Shown here in pieces: positions 19,437 through 27,300 of a DNA stretch of 64,000 nucleotides. The number at the start of each line of letters is the position of its first letter. The stretch's first letter is position 1. This DNA is from Gemmatimonas sp. (GTDB lineage Bacteria; Gemmatimonadota; Gemmatimonadetes; Gemmatimonadales; Gemmatimonadaceae), in assembly GCA_031414535.1 (NCBI GenBank), contig JANNVQ010000049.1, positions 32,001 through 96,000 on the forward strand, in the 5' to 3' direction. The translations under genes were made by a program, and so were the position numbers. Under the pieces are notes generated by a model, which saw only the letters and a list, made by a program, of their open reading frames with translations, was not told where the DNA came from and did no database searches.

Positions 19437-20579
19437 TTACTTTGTGCGAACCTGGGCTAGGTGGAGCAGTTGCCCCAGTGCGCCCACGCCGATAAGTCGG
19501 TTGCGCAGCGCAATCACCGCTGCACGATCCAACGCGCCGCCATGCGCTGCCGGATTTCTCAGCTCAGTCAGCTCATTGAGAATCGCCGGCAATGAAGCCG
19601 TGAACCACTCACCGAGCTTCTGCTTGAGATACTGGTTCCGCTCCTGGTCTTCGCCAATCACCCGCGCCAGTTGCCCGAGCGAGATCGGTCCTTGGCGGCC
19701 GAGGTCGAGAGTCTTGCCTTCAACGTTGGCGAAGCGGATGTGATCATGCGCGCCGCGCAGGCCCGACTGCAACAACTGATTCACCTGCACTTCCACCGCA
19801 TTCGCAAAGTCCGTCACCACGCCGTGCAGGTTGAACGAGGCATCATCGCGATGTCGGCGAAACACTTCCTCCGCCGAGGCAATGAAGGCGCGCGCTGCTG
19901 GGTCGAGGTTCTCCCAAGCCGCATTGCCAAAGCGATTCTCTCGCAACTCGCGCTGCATCGCCGCTGAACCGGATCTCTCTGCATCGTACTCCGCCCAGAA
20001 GCGGTCGCCAATCAAGCGCTGGCGCGTATCCGGATCAAACCAGCGAGACTCATCCTCGCGCGTGACGATGAGCGGGAGATCCACCATCCCGCCGTATATG
20101 GAAACCGGCCGATCGTTGTAGCGCGTGTTCCGAAGCTTCATGAGCTCACGCACCACGCTCGGCGTATCGTCGTGCACGAGGCGGCGAATGTCCCAGAGCC
20201 TGAACCAGCAGTCGCAGTTGAGCTTGCGCTCCGCATAGTAGGCCGGCACCGCGGCGGCGTCTTCGGCCAGCACATCATCCCGCGTGATCTCGCTGACGTG
20301 GGCCACGTAGAGCGAGCGATAGTCCGTGAGGTAGAGATGGAACTCAGGCGCAGTGGCGTCCGGTTCTGCCGGCGGGTCCAGTGCGATCACATCGGCCAAG
20401 TGCGGAAGCGGCGCTTGGCGATTGCTCGAGCGCACCTTGCCCCACCACACGTAGGCGTGGTCTTCGTCGGAGTCTCCGGCGCGGAACTCGGCCATCCGGC
20501 GCAGCAGCACCTCGAGGTGCAGCTGCAGGGCGTCGGTTTCGTACGAGGGGTTCCAGACGGTCAGGAGATGTTTGGGCAC
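19437..20579 (-). CDS. HP0729-like protein with C-terminal HEPN (RxxxxH) motif
   Basis: HLLTVWNPSY, WGKVRS, LYLTDYRSLY, VPAYY, IYGG and C-terminal LRNPAAH...LRNRLIG, recalled as matching the Helicobacter HP0729 family. Confidence 0.65.
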   Translation of the reverse strand: MPKHLLTVWNPSYETDALQLHLEVLLRRMAEFRAGDSDEDHAYVWWGKVRSSNRQAPLPHLADVIALDPPAEPDATAPEFHLYLTDYRSLYVAHVSEITRDDVLAEDAAAVPAYYAERKLNCDCWFRLWDIRRLVHDDTPSVVRELMKLRNTRYNDRPVSIYGGMVDLPLIVTREDESRWFDPDTRQRLIGDRFWAEYDAERSGSAAMQRELRENRFGNAAWENLDPAARAFIASAEEVFRRHRDDASFNLHGVVTDFANAVEVQVNQLLQSGLRGAHDHIRFANVEGKTLDLGRQGPISLGQLARVIGEDQERNQYLKQKLGEWFTASLPAILNELTELRNPAAHGGALDRAAVIALRNRLIGVGALGQLLHLAQVRTK

Positions 20580-20695
20580 GGGCGGATAGTCGCGCTCGGC
20601 GGCGGGCTTGGCAACAGCCTAGGCCTCGGCTGTCAGAGCGAGCTATGATAATGCCGGTGTGCACGATTCTATCCGACGCCGTATCTACACGATCC

Positions 20696-21130
20696 TCACT
20701 GCGGCCGCGTCGGGTCCGTCCACTTAAGCCGCGGGAAGCGCGCGAAGTCGGTATCACTCGAGACGACCTCGGCGCCATTCTCCACCGCTAGGGCAGCGAG
20801 ATGCGCGTTGGGGTACAGGTCACCGCGGACATCTCCCGCCGCCGTCAGCTCACCTAGAATGCTCCAGTGCCGCGGCCCAGGCGAGACGAGCACGACGTTT
20901 GGATGCGCCAAGAGCCGCGAAACGAACTGTTCGGCGAGCTCCCGACTCACCAACGAGCGTCCGGCGATGCGCCGCGTGACGATGCGAAGGAAGCCGACGA
21001 TGGTGAGCCAAGGGAGACCGACCACTTCGGACGATGCGAGGGCGCGATCGATGTACTCACGGACGGGCGCGTGACGTTCGTCAGTCGGGTCGCTGAGGTA
21101 TATCAGGACATTGACGTCAAGAATCTTCAC
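20696..21130 (-). CDS. vapC: VapC-family PIN toxin (mycobacterial-type)
   Basis: ILDVNVLIY, GFLRIVT, AHLAALAVENG, SSDTDFARF. Confidence 0.92.
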   Translation of the reverse strand: MKILDVNVLIYLSDPTDERHAPVREYIDRALASSEVVGLPWLTIVGFLRIVTRRIAGRSLVSRELAEQFVSRLLAHPNVVLVSPGPRHWSILGELTAAGDVRGDLYPNAHLAALAVENGAEVVSSDTDFARFPRLKWTDPTRPQ

Positions 21131-21398
21131 TCGTGCCCTCTAGCAGTCCCATTGAACGAAGGATGCGCTCGTCCTCGAGCTGACTGATCAGCTTTCCGAC
21201 CTTGTCGACGTCGAAATACTGTGCGAAGCCAACCGAGAACGTCGGGAGGTCGAGTCGTGGCACCGGCGCGCGCGCGGGCGCGGCGAGTCCGCGCGTAATG
21301 ACGCGGCTCAGGGCCTCCTTGAAGGAGACGCCTTCTTCGTCTGCGAGTTTGCGGACTCGCTCGAGGAGGTCTGGATTGATGTCCACGGTGGTGCGCAT
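21117..21398 (-). CDS. vapB: VapB-type RHH antitoxin
   Basis: MRTTVDINPDLL...GVSFKEAL; directly upstream of vapC. Confidence 0.85.
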   Translation of the reverse strand: MRTTVDINPDLLERVRKLADEEGVSFKEALSRVITRGLAAPARAPVPRLDLPTFSVGFAQYFDVDKVGKLISQLEDERILRSMGLLEGTSEDS

Positions 21399-21433
21399 AT
21401 AATGATGCTAGCGCATCAACTGTGTGATGTCAA
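21399..21433 (-). promoter_or_regulatory. Sigma70 leaderless promoter of vapBC
   Basis: Minus strand reads TTGACA-17bp-TAGCAT-6bp-ATG. Confidence 0.75.
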
Positions 21434-21476
21434 ATCATCACCAGAGACATCTAATCGTTTCGACCTATCGCGAGCG

Positions 21477-21875
21477 TTACGGCTTCGTTCGCCGAGCCCA
21501 GGCGACCGCGTCCTTTACGTCCGACTCGCTCACTCCCGCCGCAGCGACGCGTTCACGAAGGCTATCGCTAATGGCGGAAAATTGATTGATCCGCACACTG
21601 CCGTCGGGAAAGCGCGCGATGATGTCCAATTCGCCCCCCATCGATTCGATGTACCGCCGTAGCGTGCTCACGAACACATCTTCGCGACGCTCAAGCTTAG
21701 AGATCGAGGACTGGGAGGACTCAAGCGTATCGGCGAGTTCCTCCTGCGAAAGCTGGCGCGACAGCCGCAGCTCATTGAGCGACATCTCGCGTAGCAACTC
21801 GGCGGTGCGCTCCGCCGCGCGCACTTGGTCCTCCAACGGCATCTTCGCTCGTAGATCTGAGAACTTATTTGCCAT
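21477..21875 (-). CDS. XRE/HigA-type antitoxin with an extra C-terminal tail
   Basis: LSQEELA..LESSQSSISKLERRED..STLRRYIESMGGELDI.ARFPD. Confidence 0.88.
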   Translation of the reverse strand: MANKFSDLRAKMPLEDQVRAAERTAELLREMSLNELRLSRQLSQEELADTLESSQSSISKLERREDVFVSTLRRYIESMGGELDIIARFPDGSVRINQFSAISDSLRERVAAAGVSESDVKDAVAWARRTKP

Positions 21876-22233
21876 CTGTCAGCCCCTCCCTGTTGAGTTC
21901 GGCGATGTGCTCGTCGTAAAGTCGGTCCGCAAGCGGCACAAACGTCTCGTACCACCGATCATTCCCCGTCTTGTCCCCACCGATTAGCAGGATTGCTGTC
22001 CGGCGTGGGTCGAAGGCATAAAGGACGCGATACGGGCGCCCTTTGTGCTGAACACGGAGTTCGCGCAGACGGGAATGCCTCGACCTGTGAATTCCCGAGG
22101 AATGGGGGAATGACAACGCTGGACCCTTCTCTTCCAGGAGCGAGACTGACCCGGAGATTGAGACTCGCTCTTCCCGAGAAAGGGATTCCCACCACTCGAA
22201 GAACTCATCCGTGTACTCCACTTCCCACACCAT
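21865..22233 (-). CDS. RelE/HigB-family (Gp49-like) toxin
   Basis: WEVEYTDEF, LRELRVQHKGRPYRVLYAFDPRR.AILLIGGDK. Confidence 0.92.
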   Translation of the reverse strand: MVWEVEYTDEFFEWWESLSREERVSISGSVSLLEEKGPALSFPHSSGIHRSRHSRLRELRVQHKGRPYRVLYAFDPRRTAILLIGGDKTGNDRWYETFVPLADRLYDEHIAELNREGLTDGK

Positions 22234-22368
22234 AACTATTCACTCCGAGAACTATTCCGTCAAGGTAATACCTCCGGCGACACCTCACTGCCGGCCGCCC
22301 AGATTACCATCTGGAAGCACCCGACCGAGCGTCACTTCTTTGCGTGGATGACCTAAACCTGCCGCGAG

Positions 22369-23505
22369 CTAACTCTCAAACAGCGCCACATACGGATCAT
22401 ACCGGAACCGCCGATTCCGCCTCTGTCCCGTGATCTCTCGCAGCAATCCAAGCTCAGTCAGCCGAGCCACCACGTCATTCGCCGCAGCCTTCGTGAGCTG
22501 CAAGCGTTCGGCGAGCTCCTGCACGCTCACAATCGGCTTCGCATACAGCGATTCCAGAACGCGAGTCGCAGTCGCCGAGCCGCGACCGAGCTTGTCCGTC
22601 ACCAGTTGGCGATGTTCTTCACGAAGCTCAATGATGTTGCGTGCCGTCTGCCGCGCCTCGGCGCTGACTTCTGCTACGCCACGTAGAAAGAACTCAAGCC
22701 AGGCCTCCCAAGCACCGTCATCGCGAACAGCCTGCAAGCGCTCGTAGTACTCGCTCCGGTTTCGCTTAAGGAAAATCGAGAGATACAGCACCGGCTGCGC
22801 GAGCGTACCGTGCTCACAGAGCAAGAGCGTGATAAGCAAGCGCCCAATGCGCCCGTTGCCGTCGAGAAATGGGTGAATCGTCTCGAACTGCGCGTGCGCG
22901 AGGCCCACCTTCACAAGGAAGGGATAGCGATCGTCTCCGTGTAGGTACTGCTCTAGATCAGACAGACAGCGCGGCACTTCGTGAGGTGGCGGCGGCACAA
23001 AGGCCGCGTCAACAAGAGATACGCCCGTGGGTCCAATCCAATTTTGCGACGTGCGAATCTCGCCAGGTGTGAGGCGTCCGCCGCGAGTCCCCTGCATCAG
23101 CTCGGCGTGAATCTCCCGGATGAGCCGAGTGGAAAGCGGCAGGGACTTGAGGCGCGCGAGCCCGTGTCGCATCGCCTTCACGTAGTTCACTACTTCATCT
23201 ACATCCCGCGCAATGCGGTCAGTCCCCAACGCTTGCGCCTCGGCGGCAAGCAGATCGTGCAGTGAACTCTGCGTGCCTTCGATCTGGCTCGAGAGCACCG
23301 CCTCCTTCCGGACATACATAAGAACGAACAGGTCCGGGTTCGGCAGCGTTTGCACGGATCCGTCCAACCTGCCGAGTGCCGTGTCGGCCTCGGAGAGCAG
23401 ACGCTGCAGATTGCCGTCCAAACGCAGGTCAGCCGGTGGTAGCGGGGCGGGAATGAAGGCCCGGTAGCCGGTCGGTTGGGCTTGGTATGTCCCTGCTCTT
23501 CCCAT
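22369..23505 (-). CDS. Fic family protein (Fic_N + Fic + wHTH)
   Basis: Canonical HPFLDGNGRIGR motif and N-terminal inhibitory motif SSQIEG. Confidence 0.95.
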   Translation of the reverse strand: MGRAGTYQAQPTGYRAFIPAPLPPADLRLDGNLQRLLSEADTALGRLDGSVQTLPNPDLFVLMYVRKEAVLSSQIEGTQSSLHDLLAAEAQALGTDRIARDVDEVVNYVKAMRHGLARLKSLPLSTRLIREIHAELMQGTRGGRLTPGEIRTSQNWIGPTGVSLVDAAFVPPPPHEVPRCLSDLEQYLHGDDRYPFLVKVGLAHAQFETIHPFLDGNGRIGRLLITLLLCEHGTLAQPVLYLSIFLKRNRSEYYERLQAVRDDGAWEAWLEFFLRGVAEVSAEARQTARNIIELREEHRQLVTDKLGRGSATATRVLESLYAKPIVSVQELAERLQLTKAAANDVVARLTELGLLREITGQRRNRRFRYDPYVALFES

Positions 23506-23638
23506 GGCGCGCCCTTTGATATAGTCGGGTTTACTATATACTGATTTTGTGGCTTTTAGTCAAGTCGGCTTTATTAAGAGTGCCGAGATGGGTCTGTAGT
23601 AAAGTCAGCCATTCAAGGTGGATGATAGCTTGCCTGGC

Positions 23639-25102
23639 ATGACCACCCCCCAAACCCCCACCCAAGCCCTCCTCGCCGAGCTCGAAGCCGACACAACCTT
23701 CGAGTCCGGCGCCAAGTTTTTGAAGATCGCCTCCGACTACTTCGCCGAGACCAGGAAGGGCGAGGGCCCAGTCTCCACGCGGTTGGATAAGGCCACACTC
23801 GCCGCGCGGTTCAACGAGCCGCTGCCGATGGGGATGCAGCCGCTCGACGCGGTGGTTCGCCGGCTCGAGACGGACGTGATGCCCGACGTGAACCGTCTCA
23901 TGCATCCCATGTACATGGGCCACCAGGTCTCGGCGCCGCTCGCCGCCGCGGTGTGGACCGAAGTCGTGATCAGCGCCGTCAACAACTCCATGGCCGTGTG
24001 GGAGATGAGTCCCGTGGCGACGGTGATTGAGGAGCAGGTGATTCGTTGGATGACCGATCTCGCCGGCTTGGGCCCGCGCGCATCGGGCACGTTCACCTCG
24101 GGCGGCACGGAGGCCACGTTCACGGCACTGCTCGCGGCGCGCGCTGCTTTGCGTCCCCGTGCGTGGGAAGACGGATGGGGCGATGGTCCGATGCCGGTGC
24201 TGCTGCACGGCGAGCACGCGCACTACGCGGTGAAGCGCGCGGCGGGTGCGATGGGGCTGGGGACGCGGAACTGTGTGGCGGTGGCGAGCACGCCGGAGTT
24301 CAGGATGGATCCGCTGGCTCTCGCTCGAGAACTGGAACGGCTACGCGCGGAGAAGCGCGAGGTGCTGGCGGTGGTGGCGACGGCTGGGTGTACGGCCGTG
24401 GGTGCGTTTGATGATTTGTCAGCGATTGCTGATCTGTGCGAGCGCTATGGTGTGTGGCTGCACGTGGATGGGGCGCATGGGGCTTCGGCTTTGCTATCGG
24501 AGAAGCACAAGTGGCGGCTGAATGGGATCTCGCGGGCGAATTCGGTGGCTTGGGATCCGCATAAGATGATGCTCATGCCTTTGTCTGCCGGCATGGTGCT
24601 CGTGCGCGAGGGGAAGGATTTGGAGCGGGCGTTTGCTCAGTCGGCGCCTTATCTGTTTCATGGATCCGACTCCGAGACCGAGTTGAGTGCGGATTTGGGG
24701 AAGCGGAGTTTTCAGTGTTCGCGACGGGCGGATGTGTTGAAGGTTTGGGTGGGGTTGCAGCGGATCGGGGCGGCTGGGATTGGGCAGCTGTACGACTCTC
24801 TGTGCACGGGTGCTGAGGAGCTCCTAGTGGCTCTTCTCGATCAGTCCGCAGGCCACGTTCAGCTCCATCGACCAGAGTCAAACATTGTCTGTTGGAGACG
24901 AGTGGATAGCGGAGGCGGCGAGACTAGAGGCCTTAGGAGCGCCATCAATCGCACGGGAGCGGTCTGGATAACGGAATCCATCCTCGGTGGGCACCAAGCA
25001 CTGCGCGCTACCATCATGAATCCAAGGTGGAGATCGGAGTGTCTAACACGGCTGGCGAGACTATCTCAAGAGGTGAGTGGGCCGGTCACTGGCAGGAAAT
25101 AG
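23639..25102 (+). CDS. Group II PLP-dependent amino-acid decarboxylase
   Basis: HPMYMGHQ, GTFTSGGT, WLHVDGAHG, PLP lysine in DPHK. Start at ATG 23639 (TAGCTT 7 bp upstream). Confidence 0.9.
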   Translation: MTTPQTPTQALLAELEADTTFESGAKFLKIASDYFAETRKGEGPVSTRLDKATLAARFNEPLPMGMQPLDAVVRRLETDVMPDVNRLMHPMYMGHQVSAPLAAAVWTEVVISAVNNSMAVWEMSPVATVIEEQVIRWMTDLAGLGPRASGTFTSGGTEATFTALLAARAALRPRAWEDGWGDGPMPVLLHGEHAHYAVKRAAGAMGLGTRNCVAVASTPEFRMDPLALARELERLRAEKREVLAVVATAGCTAVGAFDDLSAIADLCERYGVWLHVDGAHGASALLSEKHKWRLNGISRANSVAWDPHKMMLMPLSAGMVLVREGKDLERAFAQSAPYLFHGSDSETELSADLGKRSFQCSRRADVLKVWVGLQRIGAAGIGQLYDSLCTGAEELLVALLDQSAGHVQLHRPESNIVCWRRVDSGGGETRGLRSAINRTGAVWITESILGGHQALRATIMNPRWRSECLTRLARLSQEVSGPVTGRK

Positions 25103-25201
25103 ATGCACTCCCTCATTCGGATCTAGCACTCGCGCGGCGCGCGCCCGTAAGTTCTCGGTCGTGACTTGCTCGGCAAGAACACCCCACGGAGCGAAATCGG
25201 C

Positions 25202-27256
25202 GTGAGTGAAGCAGCGTGGTATTTCGGTAGCCGCCAGGATTTCTTGGCCGAGACAAGCACTGCCATCGCAAATAAGCTTGCGGGACGGGCCGCTACCGAA
25301 GGATTGGGAATCATGGCGGAGCAGGCGAAGGAGTGGGATCGATCAGTTGGCATACTTCAAAAAAGCATGCAACGAGCAGCCGTCTTGCGAGCTGCTCTCA
25401 GCACTGCCGCGGGAGAGACTGTTCAGTCCGTGATCCTCGAGTACGACTTTCGAAGAAGGGGACTCCGCATAGACTGTGTCCTCCTCGCGAACGGCATCAT
25501 ATTCGTCGTGGAGTTCAAGCGATCGAAAGCGAATGCCTCCGCTCGAGAGCAGGCAATGACATATGCGATCAACCTGCTTGAGTTTCACGAGGAGACGCAG
25601 CGATGCTGTTCCGACAATGGCGTCATTGTTGTTCCCGTCGTCGTACAAACTGATGGCGCCCTCCACCGAAAGCCTGAGTGGCCCGGGATGCGAAAAGGGC
25701 GATGGGGAAGCGTTCTGGACCGGCCTGTCGTCTGCGATCGCACAACATTCGCTGATGTTCTGCGTTTGGCGGCCGCGAACGTTAAGGGCCACAGCTGCCC
25801 TGAACTGAAAAAGTGGCTTACATCTGCATTCCGGCCATCCTCGTCAATACTTGACGCGGCTGTTTCGCTCTACGGAGCGCACGACGTCAGCGCCATTCGC
25901 GATCATGCTTCGTCAATGGAATCGATCCAGCAGTGCGTAGAGGAGATTGAAGGCATGATCGAAGACGCGCTCGCAAGAAAGCAACGAATGGTAGTCTTTC
26001 TTTCTGGAGCACCTGGAGCCGGAAAGACGCTTGTGGGGCTAGACCTCACGCTCCGCCGCAAGCATGCAGCACAAACGTCATTCGTGACCGGAAATCTGCC
26101 GCTGGTTAAAGTGCTAAACGCCGCACTGGCGCGGTCCTATGCAAAGAATAGGGCCGCGATGGCGTCGTGCGCACAGGGCGGTTACACGACGAGAGACGCT
26201 CGGATTCTAGCGGAGGCGGCCACCTTCAAGATTGTCAGTGCTCACGGGTTTCTTGGCACAAGAGGTAGCGCGCACCAGCAGAAGGACGGCTCGGTCCTAG
26301 TTTTTGATGAGGCTCAGCGCACTTATCGAAAGGGAAAGGTTGTCGGGGACACACCACTCGAGGAGAACGAAGCTGAACTGATCTTAGCTGCCCAGCAAGA
26401 ATCGTATGCAGGCGAGGGGATGGTCGTACTCGCGCTGATAGGACAGAACCAGGCCATAAACAGAGATGAACTCGGCATTGGAGCTTGGTTTACTGCTGCT
26501 GACAAACTCGGCTGGCACTTTGCGGTCGCAGACAAGACTCTCGACAACGCTGAACTCGGTGACGAAGCGCGCTGGCGCAATCATGTGAATCGGCGGAAGA
26601 TGCAGCACGGTCATCTTGCCCACTCGCTACGGTTCTACAGGAACGCTGTCTTGGAAACGTGGGCTGATCTATGCCTTAAAGGTGACGTCACGAAAGCTCG
26701 AAACACTGCCTCTGAAAAGATGAAAGAGCACCCTGTCTTACTGACGCGAAGCCTTACGGATGCTCGCGCATGGATCCGCTCAGAAGTGACCCTCGGCGAG
26801 CGCGCGGGTTTAATCGCTTCCGGGCAAGGCCGCCGGCTCGCAGCAGAAGGTATGTTCGTCGATCAGAAGCCGGACATCGTGAACTGGATGCTGGCTCCGA
26901 GCGACGATATCCGTGCTTCATCATCCCTTGAAACTGTTCAGAACCAGTACCAGATCCAGGGTCTCGAGCTTGACTATTCGCTAGTCTGTTGGGACCTCGA
27001 CCTTCGCCGAGAGGACCGTGAGTGGAAGGCCTGGAAGCTGCACGGCGCTAAGTGGATAAAAGACAATGAACTAGAAATCGCCAAGAATGGTTATCGCGTT
27101 CTTCTAACGCGCGCGCGGAAAGGGATGATTGTCTTTGTTCCTCGAGGTGATCTTGACGGCCGAGATATGACGCGAGAACCCAGCGACTACGACGCCATCG
27201 CGGAGTATCTGTTGGAATGTGGTGCCCGTGCGTTGCCATCCAACAATGCAGACTGA
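25202..27256 (+). CDS. PD-(D/E)XK nuclease fused to DUF2075 (Schlafen group 3-like) helicase/ATPase
   Basis: RIDCVLL...VVEFK, Walker A GAPGAGKT, VFDEAQR, IQGLELDY, YRVLLTRARKG. Start could be 25166 or 25202. Confidence 0.88.
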   Translation: MSEAAWYFGSRQDFLAETSTAIANKLAGRAATEGLGIMAEQAKEWDRSVGILQKSMQRAAVLRAALSTAAGETVQSVILEYDFRRRGLRIDCVLLANGIIFVVEFKRSKANASAREQAMTYAINLLEFHEETQRCCSDNGVIVVPVVVQTDGALHRKPEWPGMRKGRWGSVLDRPVVCDRTTFADVLRLAAANVKGHSCPELKKWLTSAFRPSSSILDAAVSLYGAHDVSAIRDHASSMESIQQCVEEIEGMIEDALARKQRMVVFLSGAPGAGKTLVGLDLTLRRKHAAQTSFVTGNLPLVKVLNAALARSYAKNRAAMASCAQGGYTTRDARILAEAATFKIVSAHGFLGTRGSAHQQKDGSVLVFDEAQRTYRKGKVVGDTPLEENEAELILAAQQESYAGEGMVVLALIGQNQAINRDELGIGAWFTAADKLGWHFAVADKTLDNAELGDEARWRNHVNRRKMQHGHLAHSLRFYRNAVLETWADLCLKGDVTKARNTASEKMKEHPVLLTRSLTDARAWIRSEVTLGERAGLIASGQGRRLAAEGMFVDQKPDIVNWMLAPSDDIRASSSLETVQNQYQIQGLELDYSLVCWDLDLRREDREWKAWKLHGAKWIKDNELEIAKNGYRVLLTRARKGMIVFVPRGDLDGRDMTREPSDYDAIAEYLLECGARALPSNNAD

Positions 27257-27300
27257 ATACTCGAGCCACAATTTGATAGACAATCCCAACATACGCGACA

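Noticed and set aside
22264..22368. Possible gene remnant between the RelE-type toxin and fic (similarly 40488-40590)
   Set aside because: Too short to assign to any family by eye.
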